Assembly: GCA_001643675.2 (NCBI GenBank) | Contig: LSRY02000002.1 | Span: 1,178,001-1,242,000 of the forward strand | Source: Monocercomonoides exilis PA203 | Lineage: Eukaryota; Protista; Preaxostyla | DNA: 64,000 nt | Direction: 5' to 3' | In this document: positions 24,251 through 36,643 of the stretch, one piece after another | How positions within the stretch are numbered: position 1 is the stretch's first letter | Layout of the letters: every line of letters begins with the position of its first letter | The notes under the pieces: model-generated | The model's input: only the letters and a program-made list of their open reading frames with translations | Databases searched by the model: none | What the model was told of the DNA's origin: nothing | Program-made: the position numbers and the translations under genes

Positions 24251-27200
24251 TTAATTGGAATCAGTGGATGTATAATTATCTGCAACAATAATCGTTCCAT
24301 CTTCTTTCAGATAAGTCGTTTTTGGCATTGGCACTTCTCCATTTTCGTCTTTTGCACCACCATCCACATCGGAATCATTCTCATTATCTTTCTCATCGTC
24401 TATATTATTGATCACAAAGTCATTTTCTCCACTGTGCAAAATATCACTCCTTCTGAAACGGCGCCCAGCAGCTGCTCTGAAAGCCTCTGCGAGCTGCGTC
24501 TCATTTGCAGAAATCAAATGAATAAAGAACTGCTCGAAGTGCTTAGCTGGTCCGTCTAACTCCACAATCGCCTCTAACTCAGCAGGAAGAGGCTGAATCA
24601 TCTTTTCTTTCCCTTCTGCTATCCGTTTTTGTTCCTCTTTTTCAACTTCTTTCCTGATAAGCATTCTTTCAAAAGATAACCTAGGGTTGTATGGCATGTA
24701 GTCACTTCTTTCCTGTTGTATCCTGATGACCGTTTTCTTCCACTGCGAATCTGCCTCTTTCTCCTTCTCGTTTAGTGGGCGTTGCTCGGGAAGAGGAAGA
24801 AGAGAAAATGAAATACAAACGCCATGATGCTTGTCCAATTCTTCGTCTGCAATGATACAGCAACATTCATATCCGGCTGATGCTCGAAGAAAAGAGGAAG
24901 AAGAAGAAATGCCAGCGAAAAATGAGGAGGATGAAGACGACGAAGAAGAAGATGATGGAGTTTCTAGCTGAGTTTTTGGCATTGTTTGAGAGCAGGGCAT
25001 GAAAGGGCGAATCAGTGCAGGAGCAAAAGATAAACTGTGCGTGAAGTGCGAATTTGCATCATCAAGTGTCTGTACAGATGCTGGGAAAAGAGAGTTCCAC
25101 AGCGTAATCAGTCGTGAAGACGATGGTTTTGGAGCTGTTGAAGAAGCAGACGACGAAGAAGTAATTGGGAAAGAAATAGTTCCTTTAAGCTGAGCCACAC
25201 GAAACACCGTCATAACTGCAACATGCATCGCACACTCCATCTCTTCAATTCGTTCCGCCAAATCGAATCGGAAATGTTCTCCTTCTCTTTCGCGCTCGGC
25301 TTTCTCTTCGTCTATTCTCTGCTTCTCCAGAGGTTCCATTTCCTCTTCATTCTTCTCGCTTTCATCAAGTAAAGCGATAGCTTCTTTAAAATCATTTTCC
25401 GTGCATGCATTGGACTTTTCGCTTCCTTCTGCCTTCTCTTCCACCATCCTCACAAGCACAGAGCCAACAACATTCTTTGCCAGGTTTACCTCAGTCTTCA
25501 TCTTTTGTATGTAAAGCACACACATTTCAATCGACCCTTTATAAAGCATCACTTTCATTCCAAGCAGCGAAACTTTGAAGCGATAGAAGCATTCATCCGT
25601 AATGAGCGTCAATGCAGCTGCCGGAAGAGGCGCCGGAAGCTTTTGAAGAAGAGCTGATTCGGGTGTGTAATTAACAAACATGGATGAGTCCAGGGCCGAA
25701 TATTGCGTCCAAGGTCCATTTGGAAGATAGGACGAATACTCAGTCACATATGTGAAGGTCATCGAATGAAGTCTTTCGGTCTTCTTCTTCTTCTCTCCAA
25801 TCAGCAACTGCATCTCATTCACTTTAGCCTCAGCTAAGGAAAGCCATTTCCCCTTGTTCGAAGCAATCAGTTGCTTGCCATCTCGATCAATGGTCACCTT
25901 CGAAACATCTTCGTCATTCTTCACTCGCTTTGAGTCCACCTCTTTCTCCATCGCCTTCACTTGTGCCTGATGGCGTTCTTTCTCAGTGCCTTTCTTTTTC
26001 TCCTTTTCAAGCTTCTTCTTCTTTCCGTGTCCAAGATTATCTGCTGAAGCGCCAGTTGAGTCGCTTGCCTCAGCGCTTGTTGATAACTTCTCCAACTCTT
26101 CTCGTTCCTTCTGTTTCTCCTTCAGATACGCCTCTTTTTCGTGTGGCGGCATCAGCATCAGCATCCCACTTCGTTCTTCCTCAAGCTCTTCATCTGTCAC
26201 TGTTACTTCGGTTGATCCTATATCTTTCTCCTTTTTAGTTTCATCCTTTTCATCAGGATTCCTCTTCCTCTTCTTTTCTTTCGCTCTCACTTCAGACTCA
26301 AACAACCACAACATAATCTGAACAGCCAATATTTTCACATTGCACATGTCCTTTCTCATCAACACATCTTTCATTCCATACACCAACTCCTCAAAAACCA
26401 TCGGGCTAGGCTCTTTTCTCAGTGCATAGCCTTGAAACTCGCTAATATCGCACACCACTTCATTTCCTATCTCTTCAGCGCTTTTCAAAGATCGCAGCGC
26501 CTGTGCGATTCTCCCTCTCGTCAGATATCCTTTCCCCAATGCCAGGAAATACCACACACATTGCTCTTCGTACATGTACTCTCTTGACGACTCTCCATCA
26601 CACCTCGTGAAATACCCGTTCATGTCTTCGCCTTTTTCAATCTCTCCTTCCTCAATAAGCGCCTTGCACGCTTTTGTGTTGAAGAACCGGTCTGCCTTGT
26701 CCATTTGGAATGTCAAGCAGGCCTCGCGCGATGCGTTGTGCTTGGCTCCCATGTGCTTCAGAATGCGCGCAGAGCACAAAATCAGCTCGTGAAATGTCGG
26801 AGCGCTCGCTATCGCAGACGAAATGCCGCAAAACGCACGATGGTAGAGAGAGAAATGGTCCAACAAGTGATTGATAAAAAGAGCAATGAAGGATGAATCA
26901 GATGGTGAGACTTCTGTTGAAAGTGCGGAAGGAGAAGGAGAAGGAGAAGACGATGATGAAGCTGTATCCTGATCTTTTTCATCTCCAAGTTTCTCTTTCC
27001 TAACAGCAGCCACTTCGGTTGTCATTCTTTCAGCTTCTTCAATCAAATTCTTTGGCCATTCTCTGTTTTTCTGAATGCTTTCTTCGCAAGCTTTGCTGAC
27101 AGACAAGATGAGATTCCACGAAGCACAATTTCCAAGCAATGGTTCAATCGCCGAGAAAAGAGAAGGAATTGCACGAGGAATAAGAGTGTGGAATGCAATG

Positions 27201-27424
27201 AAAAAGACAGATCTGTAGAGATCTGGGAAAAGAGAAGGTGAAATAAGGTGAAGAGGTTCCAACAGGCAGATGATAGAACGAGGATATTTCTCACTCAGCT
27301 GCTGATATACCGCAAGCAAATAAAGAGCATCGCTTCGCTTCGAAATTGGCTCTGATTTAACAAAGCAACACACAATTCAAAGGGAATTATTTGAAAACAA
27401 AATGAATATAAAAACAAATTAGTT

Positions 27425-27479
<55 letters not shown>

Positions 27480-28641
27480 GTTTCAAAAAAGCATAGTAAA
27501 TTTTTTTTTTTAAAAAAATCGCATTCATACATCGATAAATTAATCAATGAAAAGATCTTTCACTCATTAATGACATACCATCCAAGCCAATTGAAGCACG
27601 ATATCCCGCATGATACGCTGCATTCTCACTATTCACGTCCAGACAGTCCTTAAAGCATATTTTGGCTTCATCCTTTCTGCCCAGACGGAGAAGTATTTCT
27701 CCACGTCGCTCTGTCCATCCAGCTGAATCCAGCATCACTTTTTGTTTCTCATCCAGAACAGACAACGCTTCTTCCCACTTCCCCAAACGGCAAAGCAAGT
27801 TAACTTTGTAAAAATACATCCCATTCAAATCTTCCTTCACGCATCGCTCTTCATTTATGGTTCCAATGTGGACATTTGTGATTTCTAATGCTTTTTGATA
27901 GTCCCTTGTTAGAGCATTTCCTGCGATAAAGCCTGTCCATGACGATTTTTGGCTTGGAACTTTTGAAAGCAACATTTGGCGAGATCCCTTGTAACCTTCA
28001 AAATCTTGGCACATAATTTGCGTTGATGCTAATTCCCGAAGTATTAAATCGCTTGTTTCATCTGCAGCAGGTTTTTTTGTTTTTGGATCAGGAGGGCGAT
28101 TCGGGCCGTGATAAACAAGATCTTTTTGCCTTGCTTGCATGAAGCATTTTAATGCATCTTGGTAGTTACGTTGGTTTTGATAAATCATTCCTAAGAAATA
28201 CCAAGCTATTAGCAAATTCAAAACAGCACAAATATGTTTTAATCCACTTTATTCAGTTAAAATCATTTTCATACAATCGGGATTCTCCATATCAAGAGAA
28301 ACTCCATGTTTAGCACATTCAAGTGCTTCTTCGTTTTTTTTATTATATTCAAGCATTAATCCTTTTAAGCAATGAATTGCTTTCGTTTGCGATAATTTTT
28401 TTGATGAGAAAAATTCACATGAACATTTTGAATAATTGAATTTGTAATGTTTTGTACATGAAAATGATAACGAAAAAGAAAAGCAAATATTCAAACATCC
28501 AACATTTTGATACAATTTTATTAATGCATCGCATGCTTTAACTCCAGAAGCATATTCCCTCTCGTCGTAATGTCCAAGAATTTTTTTAAATGCCTTTTGA
28601 TCAGCAGTCTTAAGTTTTTCGTTTGTATATTTGAAAGCCAT
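24251..28641 (-). CDS. NAA15: NatA auxiliary subunit NAA15/Nat1 (TPR), multi-exon
   Basis: FKKILGHYDEREYASGVKACDALIK...LKGLML...WYFLGMIYQNQRNYQDALKCF...ILRELASTQI...SWTGF, and later KADRFFNTKACKALI and YEEQCVWY, match the NAA15 pattern. Confidence 0.9.
27426..27478 (+). repeat. Poly(A) tract of about 50 nt within an NAA15 intron
   Basis: Uninterrupted A run. Confidence 0.95.
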
Positions 28642-28740
28642 CAAAAGAAGCGCTTTTTGATTTTTTGATCAAAGCCATTTTTTTGTTCAAAATTTTTAAT
28701 TTGAAGGCGAGATCATCGAAAATTTGTGTTTGAACGGCTT

Positions 28741-31700
28741 ATGGAACATGATGGAAAACACGAACAAGTTCATTCTTCAAATATTAGTGAAAAGCTTTCA
28801 TTACTTTGCGAAGCCATTAAATCTTCTCAATCTTTAAGGAGAATTTGCATAAATCTTCAAAAAGTTATTTCACATTTTTACAAAGACGCAACCAAAACAA
28901 TAACTTTCTATGAAATTCAGCTTGAACTTTTAAAATATATCATGCGTTCCCTGTCCATTGAAGACGACGATTTGCATTTTTCTTTGGGGTCTTTGACGCA
29001 ACTTTGGACAACAAAATACCGTCCTGTAATAGTGGAGAAAAACAAAGCCGAATCAACTGAAATTAAAGCTGTTGATGCAATTCAAACGTCTTCATTTCTC
29101 AAGACATGGATTGAGAGATGGAACATGCCATCGAACTTATTTTCTCAAAATCAAGAACTTTCAAGTCGCAAAAAGCGAAAGACGAAAACAGAAAAGGATA
29201 AATCTGAACGCTTTACAAGTCGCAGTTCACGCAAAAAAAGAGCATCAACAATTATCTCACCCCCACTTATTGATCAGAAGCAACAAGATCTACTTTCACG
29301 AGCAGAAATGATTGAAGACAGCGATAAAGAGACACCTTTCGAGCATGCACCAGATGATTTTCCACAACTACGACCAAAGCAAATGAAAGAAAAAGCAAAT
29401 GAAAAAGAAAAGCAAAAATATCAGAATGAACAAAATGCAAGCTCTGAAGGATTTGAATTGTCGAATGAAAGTGAAACAAAAAATCAACCAAATAAAAATG
29501 AGGCCTCGATTGACTTCATTCCAAAAGAAAGGTTAGACACTTTTTCTCATTTTGGAGATGAAAAAATACCAACTCGAAAAAGACAATCATTCATGGATGA
29601 TAACTATGTGTTTGATTTTGAAGACAGCAGCGACTCATCTCTCGAAGACATTGTTTCTGGCGATGAGTATGTTCAATCTGGAAGCAAAAGACGGAAAAGT
29701 TCTGAAACACAACATCTATTGACAGATCAATTTTCTTCTCGAGAACAATTATTATTTCCTTCTTTAGACCTATCTTCGTTAAATCTTTGTCAACGCAATC
29801 CATTTTCAAATGCAGGAGCAGCTTACAGTAAAATATCTTCTCAAGCTTCACCGCTTGATTCACCTGTTCGTTTCGATACTCTTCTTAACGGAATCAATAC
29901 TCAAATGATGGCATCACCTCTTTCAACCGTTTTTCGTCAATGTCCAAATGTTCCACAACCAATTGGCTATCCTTTGATGCATCCTTCACAAGTTTCAACT
30001 ACTTTTCAACTAAGTCCTCAGACCTCAATGTTTCTTCCTCCTTCTAGTTTTCTTTCTCAGGCAACAAAAAGCCTTTCATTCTCGCCACAACCATCGTCTC
30101 CTCTAAATTGTCAATTTCCAATATTTTCTCCTCCAACTCCAGAAGTTACAAACCGTCCCGCAACACGCTCGTCAACTCGAAGGCAAACAGGCACAACAGC
30201 AACTCAGACTTTATTCATCCAGCAACTTTTGATGGACAGGCAAAAGCGCTTTAACGAATTTGAAAAAGAATGTCAACAAAAATCAGATCAAATTAACATT
30301 GACGAATCTTCACCAACAAGTTTTGAAGATCCTCTTTCTTCTTCTTTGGAATCAAAAACTTCAAAATCTAAAGAATTACATAACAGATCTCTTTCAAATG
30401 AGCTGATTCATCAATTTCACAGTAGATATTTGCATGACTTAGGAAAACAACTTATATCAACAACTCCTCTGAGTAACGAAACTCGCTCGAAGAACTTTAC
30501 AAACCAAATTCAATCATTGTGTTCTCAAGATGCATCAACACGTCCGCATATTCTATTTCTTTACGGGCCGCCAGGAATTGGAAAGACAGCCGCTGTGGAA
30601 GCGATGGCCAGAGTGATGAAGAGCTCGGTAGTAGAAGTTAGCCCTGCATCTTTCAACAGGTCTGGTACAGCACTTATGAAGACGGTGGCAGAGGCCACTC
30701 TATCGCGGAGAGTGAATGAAATGGAGGGCTGTTCGAGAGACTCAAAAAGCAAACCTGCACAGAAAGACACAACGGATACAAAGCAAAGCGAAGCACTTGC
30801 AAATGGAAAGAAAGAGAAAGGAATGAATATCTTAGATCACCTAAAGAAAGCATTCGAACAGAAAGATAAAGAAAAGAAGAATTCTCGTTCAAATACAGGG
30901 TCAGAATCAATTCTCACAAAAATGCTACAAGCAATGGGCTCTAAAGCAGAAAAGCGTCCGATTTTTGAAGATATAAAGCAGTCAGCAGAAGACAAAGCAA
31001 GTATTCAAAAGGCCGCTCAGAAAGAATTTTCAGTTGTAGCTTCTCCAACAACCAATTTAAAAACAAGTCCAAGCAACAAAAAGAAAAGGAAGAAAAAAGA
31101 AACAACAACCGAGCGTTTTCTGCCATTAATGTTTAAGCCACCAACAATCCAACCCACAAAAGCCGATAATTTATTAGAAGCACAAACATTAAGCGACTCC
31201 TCGCAATCTTCTTTCAATGCACCAGAAGGAAACATGAAAGAGCAATCAACAAGCAAAGATGAAGCAGAAAAACAAGCCTCGGAAATACATAAAATAGAAA
31301 AAGAAAAGCAGAATTTGGATAACACATCAGATTCAAACATTAGTCTGAAAGTCGAGGCCGAGGATAATGAAAGGAAAGAAAAGAAAAAACAACAGACATT
31401 GAACTTTTTAAGCGAAAATCAAACTCAAAACGACTCCAGAAAAACAAAACATAAAAAAAAGAAAGCCAAAAAAGAGAAAGGAGCAATTTCACAACAATTT
31501 GAAATGAAGCAAAAAACATTAATGGATTTTCCACAAACAACTTCAGTTGAAACTTCAGCGGCTTCTTTTCAAACTGAATCTCAGATTTCCACAAATTGTC
31601 TCAAACAAAGTGAATCCAATAATGATGAAGTTTCTGCTCACCAGATCGATCAGCAAGCAGTGCAGCAAATACATCAAAAGGACAAAGAAGATCAGCCACA

Positions 31701-34700
31701 AATAATAGAATTAATCGATGATGATGATGAAAACAACGATCTTCAAGAGCCGGACGCAGAATGCAATTGCAAGGAAAATGATGCTATTTCGTCTTCAAAT
31801 GATAATGGAGAACCTGTGTCTGAGGAAAATAACGATCCTGATAGCGAAGCAGGATCAATACATTTATTAAACAAAAGAAAAGAAAAGCGAAAACTCCAAA
31901 TTCTGAATGACGAAGAACCTTCTCCAAAAAGTGAATCAATGATGCAAAATATTCCAAAGCAAATAAAGCAATATCACCCTTCAAAACTATCAAAGGAAAA
32001 GCAAACAATCACAGATTTCTTCGCGAAAACTCGCAAAGCTTCGGCTTCTGACAATTCATCCGATCAAGTTCAACAACCTAATATTGCGCCTCCCCAAACT
32101 TCGATAAATCAAACGCACATGAGTATTGAACCTAATGATATTGATATGTCAACGAATTTATTACAAACGCCTCCGCTTCCTCTTTCTCCTCTGAAAGATG
32201 ATGTACCCAATGAACTCATTTCCAATGAACAATCTGAATCAAAAGAACATCTAATAGAATCGCAGATATCAGAAGCAACATCACCTCAAAGTACATTGGT
32301 GCAAAACAACTTCAAAGCAGATCAGGAACTTTGCGTTTCGTTGGTATCATCGCAAACGTCTTTTTCTCAAGCATTTGATTCTTCGTATCCTTCACTATTT
32401 GTGTCTCCGCTTTCTCAATCTTTTGAAATTGTTAAAAATTCAGATTCTTCACAAAATTCAACATTATCGGTTGATTCATCGCAGACTCGATTGCCAACCA
32501 CAACTGCTTCTCTAATGGCTCCGCTGTATTTGAATTCAAGCATGCAATACTCCTTAAACGGGCTGCTTCCAATCCTTCTTCCGTTTCATTCTGACAGACG
32601 AAGAATCAAAAAAAGAATGTCTAATCATCATCTTTTTGATCACATAATGAAAGAATTGAAAAAAACATATCCTAAAGAAATGAAAGCGCATTCATCATTA
32701 ACAAAAGATTCAAATATTTCTTCCTTGCAACAAGCTTCTAAACAAACGATTGTTCTTTTTGAAGCAGCAGATGTATTTTTCCCTGCAGAACGTAATTTCG
32801 TTTCAACGGTTCGTGACATTATCAATTTGACGAAAAGAGCGATTATTATGACAACAGAAGTATATCCATCAACATTTTTACCTGATTTAGATCAAAACAC
32901 TGCATTTTCATCTTCTTTTCGTCATTCGGACAATTCAATTGTCAAACATTACCCTTCAACAGCAATAATAAAAGTGGATGCTCCATCTGTCGATGAATGC
33001 ATATGTATGCTTTGCTTAGCTTCAGCTGCTGAAGGGGTTGAGTTATCTTGTGATAGTGCTTTTCTTGCAAGACTGACATATGGAACCGACATTCGAAAAA
33101 TGATGAATCAAACGCAACTCTGCGTCAAGAGTTCTTCAAATTTTAACGCAATCAGTTCAAACATCAATTCAATTAATTCTACGTTAAGTTCAACCTCAAC
33201 ACTTTCAACAGATTTTATTTCACCAACTCCAGTAGCAATTCAATTTTTGTGCGATAAAGACAAAACAGAGGACGAACAAAATGAAAAAGAAGATCTACAG
33301 TTTATCGTATCAGATTCTATACAAATGGAAAGATTCAGTTTTGGAATTAATGTTCCTTCAACTATTTTTTCAATGGCAAACTCTAATGAATCTTCAAAGC
33401 AATTGGATAATTTGAATGATATCTCATCTTGCTCCAACTCTTTTGCACTTGACTCTGTCCATTCGTTTTTGCCTTTTTTGTGCAATACGCAAGCTAAAGA
33501 TATTTCTAAACAACTAGAGAACGCGAATAGTATCAATCAAAGAATTCAATATAAAAATAATGAGTCAATGAGAATGCAAAAATATCCCTCTAATCTCAGC
33601 GAAAATGATGCGTTTGCGCTTTTGACCATTGAAAGTATTTCACAGTCATTTAGCTATCTTTCTGATGCATCATCACTTTATGACACTCTCGTAACATCAC
33701 ATTTTTCTCATCCAATGTTTGATCCAATTCCTCATTTTTATGCAAATGAAATACAACGCGAGCAGAGGCAATCTACTCGGTCTCTTATCTTTTCAGATCC
33801 TTCATTCCTTCGCACAGAATCAGGAACAGAGGATACATCAGCCTTATCGATTCAACAGCACATGCCTCAGTCAGTTTTTGAATCAACAAGAAAACAGGTA
33901 CCACATACTCAACAACCAAACGTATCGTTGTCATCATCATTATCATCTGAACAACAGAAGGAACTCAAAAATGAAAAACTGAATTCATCTCTTCAACCAA
34001 AAAAAGTTAGGCTTACACAGAAATCAGTTGCAAACTTTTTTTCTCCGAAAGCACCAACTATTACTTCATTAGATGAACAAAAGGAAAGTATAACAAATCT
34101 AGTGGAAACAGAAAACAACAAAAAAATTGAAAGTCCTGAAAGCGAAGTGCTTTCTGAAGATCCAATTGAAGTGATCGATTCCGATGACTCTCAAACAAAA
34201 ATAACACATTGTCATAGAAAATTGCGAAGAAAAAATACAAGACAACTTCCAATAGTAGAAGAAAAGGATGAAACCCTTGAAAATGTTGAAGAAGATGCAA
34301 AAGAAAGTCAATCTTCCGATAAAAGCGATATGCGCAATGCAAAATCGCCTCTCAGAAAATCAAAGCGGAGAAGAAAAAGTCGCATGGACAAAGATTATGT
34401 TGGAGACATTAATGATGAGGAGTTTGGAACCCTTCTTTCGTCAGAAGATCATTCTGAACTCGAAGAATTATCAGACGCTCAATCAGAACCTCAAAAAAGA
34501 AGACGAACAAAACGAAGACGTTCTGTTGCGACTCGCAAGACAAGGAGATCTGCTTCACAAAACATATCTCCTCCATCATCTCCTTTGATGAATGAAAGCG
34601 CTCCTCAGCCAATAGCCGCTCCAAAGGTGGATTGGAGAACTATCTTCACAGGCGCAGATCGTCCTAAAGCAACAAAGCAAATATCTGTAAGTTCATCATC

Positions 34701-36486
34701 GGATACCTCATCTTTTGCACCTTTGCAATCACAAATGATGAAAGATCATTTTAATCAAGATTCCAGTAAAGTTAACTTTACCAATCCATTGTATTTGCAA
34801 ATACCTCTGCATTATTTAAGCTTTTTATCTTCGGGTCTGATGACTGAAGAAGAGGAAGAAGAAATGGAAAGAAGAGAAGATGATTGGGAATGGGAACGAA
34901 TGTCTGTGCTTGATGAGATGTGCGGAAGCAATTCTGAAACTGAACGATGTTGCATTTTTACACCTCCAGACGCCTTCGATTCTCTTTTTGAATTATCACA
35001 GACTAAGGAATCAATTTTTGAGGATCCATTAGAAGAATTAATAAACATTATTTTCCCTTCATCGTCAAAATTGCACCAAAATGCCACTATTTGCGGAAGT
35101 GAAGATAATTCGTCTATTTATAACAGCTTAGGAGAAGTGTTACAGAAGTATCCAACAGGAGTGTTTCCTTCTTGGAGAGAGACAACTGCTCGAATACCAG
35201 AAACAGAATGTATCGAAAACACAAGTAAACTTTTGAGCTTTTTTGCAGCCACAGTGTTTGTTAAACACATTTCTGGAATTGTTTCAATTAATTCAACTTC
35301 CCTTCAATCATTCTGTTCAATGGATTGCAATTCAAACTCTTCATCATGCAATATTGATGCTTCGGCTGTTTCTTCTTCTTCAGATTCTTCGTTGAAAATA
35401 ATTTCTGAAAACAACATTCTTCAAAGCACAAAACCAATAAACAATGAACAATTGAGAACCAATATTCATAGTACATTTCTATGTTCTCTTTTTTCTCTTC
35501 CAATATGCGCAGCAAATTCGCTCATTCATCAATATACGATTCTTTCATTTCTATCGTCACTTACTGTTCCCCTTCTTCCTCCAGCACCACAAACAACAAT
35601 GGCTCTTTTTAATCAGCAAAAATCAAGATTTGTTTCAAATACATCTTTAACTCGCCTTTGCTCTTCATTTGCTTCGTCGTCGTTCTTCCAGAAACTTCGA
35701 ACCAGTAATACTCATCCAACTTCAACTGAATGCAATCATCTATTGATGTCAATTGTTTCGATCTTTCGTTTTCTTCAGGATACACCTTTACTTTCATCAA
35801 ATCTTGAAACTTCTTCATCCAATGAAAAGAATGGAATTGACAGCGAAGAAACATCAAGTAATTCCACTGATTCTTCAAAGATGAATATTTTCCATTTAAA
35901 TACATCAATAAACATACATCAAAATATTCACCTTATGCCATATACTCAATCAGCTCTCTCCGTTATTTCAACAATTTCTCTTTCTCCGACATTTTTTGGT
36001 ACGCCGTTCTCTTCAACGATGCGGCCTCTCCCTTTTCCTGAAGATGGAGAATGCCCGCATCCAGTCTCAGAGAATAGAGGGTATTATTACAAGAGACAAA
36101 CTTCTTTTAAAGTTGCTGAAAGAAGAGAAGAATTATCACATATTGATAACTCTTTTTCGTTTGGAAGTTCAAATGCAAATTCATCTTCAAGCGTTAATAA
36201 TTCGCCAACATCACCATCACTTTTGTTTTCTTCAACAACTGACAGAATTTTCTCATCGCCTAATTCTTCCTCCTCCAGCAATCTTTCACTTTTATCTAGT
36301 TCCAATGCATCGGGACTTACATCATCCGCATCTTCATTTTCTTCATTCTATGGAAGAGGTGGAATATCCTTAAAAAGACGAAAGCTGGAAAAATGGGTTG
36401 AATTCTTCTCTTTCACCTTGTTGATCGTATCGTGCAGCTTGGGTATTGTTAAGAACAAAGAAATTCACGAAGAAAAAGCAAGTTGA
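28741..36486 (+). CDS. ATAD5: ATAD5/Elg1-like RFC large subunit (PCNA unloader), about 2580 aa, apparently intronless
   Basis: Walker A LYGPPGIGKTAAVEAMA...VVEVSPAS..RSG..EATLSRRV, and IVLFEAADVFF..ERNFVSTVRDIINLTKRAIIMTT, correspond to the ATAD5 motifs GPTGVGKTAAVYACA/EATQSHQV and LILFEEVDVIF...TKRPVILTT. Confidence 0.85.
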   Translation: MEHDGKHEQVHSSNISEKLSLLCEAIKSSQSLRRICINLQKVISHFYKDATKTITFYEIQLELLKYIMRSLSIEDDDLHFSLGSLTQLWTTKYRPVIVEKNKAESTEIKAVDAIQTSSFLKTWIERWNMPSNLFSQNQELSSRKKRKTKTEKDKSERFTSRSSRKKRASTIISPPLIDQKQQDLLSRAEMIEDSDKETPFEHAPDDFPQLRPKQMKEKANEKEKQKYQNEQNASSEGFELSNESETKNQPNKNEASIDFIPKERLDTFSHFGDEKIPTRKRQSFMDDNYVFDFEDSSDSSLEDIVSGDEYVQSGSKRRKSSETQHLLTDQFSSREQLLFPSLDLSSLNLCQRNPFSNAGAAYSKISSQASPLDSPVRFDTLLNGINTQMMASPLSTVFRQCPNVPQPIGYPLMHPSQVSTTFQLSPQTSMFLPPSSFLSQATKSLSFSPQPSSPLNCQFPIFSPPTPEVTNRPATRSSTRRQTGTTATQTLFIQQLLMDRQKRFNEFEKECQQKSDQINIDESSPTSFEDPLSSSLESKTSKSKELHNRSLSNELIHQFHSRYLHDLGKQLISTTPLSNETRSKNFTNQIQSLCSQDASTRPHILFLYGPPGIGKTAAVEAMARVMKSSVVEVSPASFNRSGTALMKTVAEATLSRRVNEMEGCSRDSKSKPAQKDTTDTKQSEALANGKKEKGMNILDHLKKAFEQKDKEKKNSRSNTGSESILTKMLQAMGSKAEKRPIFEDIKQSAEDKASIQKAAQKEFSVVASPTTNLKTSPSNKKKRKKKETTTERFLPLMFKPPTIQPTKADNLLEAQTLSDSSQSSFNAPEGNMKEQSTSKDEAEKQASEIHKIEKEKQNLDNTSDSNISLKVEAEDNERKEKKKQQTLNFLSENQTQNDSRKTKHKKKKAKKEKGAISQQFEMKQKTLMDFPQTTSVETSAASFQTESQISTNCLKQSESNNDEVSAHQIDQQAVQQIHQKDKEDQPQIIELIDDDDENNDLQEPDAECNCKENDAISSSNDNGEPVSEENNDPDSEAGSIHLLNKRKEKRKLQILNDEEPSPKSESMMQNIPKQIKQYHPSKLSKEKQTITDFFAKTRKASASDNSSDQVQQPNIAPPQTSINQTHMSIEPNDIDMSTNLLQTPPLPLSPLKDDVPNELISNEQSESKEHLIESQISEATSPQSTLVQNNFKADQELCVSLVSSQTSFSQAFDSSYPSLFVSPLSQSFEIVKNSDSSQNSTLSVDSSQTRLPTTTASLMAPLYLNSSMQYSLNGLLPILLPFHSDRRRIKKRMSNHHLFDHIMKELKKTYPKEMKAHSSLTKDSNISSLQQASKQTIVLFEAADVFFPAERNFVSTVRDIINLTKRAIIMTTEVYPSTFLPDLDQNTAFSSSFRHSDNSIVKHYPSTAIIKVDAPSVDECICMLCLASAAEGVELSCDSAFLARLTYGTDIRKMMNQTQLCVKSSSNFNAISSNINSINSTLSSTSTLSTDFISPTPVAIQFLCDKDKTEDEQNEKEDLQFIVSDSIQMERFSFGINVPSTIFSMANSNESSKQLDNLNDISSCSNSFALDSVHSFLPFLCNTQAKDISKQLENANSINQRIQYKNNESMRMQKYPSNLSENDAFALLTIESISQSFSYLSDASSLYDTLVTSHFSHPMFDPIPHFYANEIQREQRQSTRSLIFSDPSFLRTESGTEDTSALSIQQHMPQSVFESTRKQVPHTQQPNVSLSSSLSSEQQKELKNEKLNSSLQPKKVRLTQKSVANFFSPKAPTITSLDEQKESITNLVETENNKKIESPESEVLSEDPIEVIDSDDSQTKITHCHRKLRRKNTRQLPIVEEKDETLENVEEDAKESQSSDKSDMRNAKSPLRKSKRRRKSRMDKDYVGDINDEEFGTLLSSEDHSELEELSDAQSEPQKRRRTKRRRSVATRKTRRSASQNISPPSSPLMNESAPQPIAAPKVDWRTIFTGADRPKATKQISVSSSSDTSSFAPLQSQMMKDHFNQDSSKVNFTNPLYLQIPLHYLSFLSSGLMTEEEEEEMERREDDWEWERMSVLDEMCGSNSETERCCIFTPPDAFDSLFELSQTKESIFEDPLEELINIIFPSSSKLHQNATICGSEDNSSIYNSLGEVLQKYPTGVFPSWRETTARIPETECIENTSKLLSFFAATVFVKHISGIVSINSTSLQSFCSMDCNSNSSSCNIDASAVSSSSDSSLKIISENNILQSTKPINNEQLRTNIHSTFLCSLFSLPICAANSLIHQYTILSFLSSLTVPLLPPAPQTTMALFNQQKSRFVSNTSLTRLCSSFASSSFFQKLRTSNTHPTSTECNHLLMSIVSIFRFLQDTPLLSSNLETSSSNEKNGIDSEETSSNSTDSSKMNIFHLNTSINIHQNIHLMPYTQSALSVISTISLSPTFFGTPFSSTMRPLPFPEDGECPHPVSENRGYYYKRQTSFKVAERREELSHIDNSFSFGSSNANSSSSVNNSPTSPSLLFSSTTDRIFSSPNSSSSSNLSLLSSSNASGLTSSASSFSSFYGRGGISLKRRKLEKWVEFFSFTLLIVSCSLGIVKNKEIHEEKAS

Positions 36487-36643
36487 GCTTTCATCCGATG
36501 TAGACTGACCTTTCTGCTGTTATCTTTTTATACCATTTTATAATTCCTCAGGAGATAAAACATAAGCCATGCACCATTTATTCAAATGCTTTTATTGAAT
36601 AAAATTTTTAATTGGTGAAGTGGTTATGTGAAATGAATTATCA

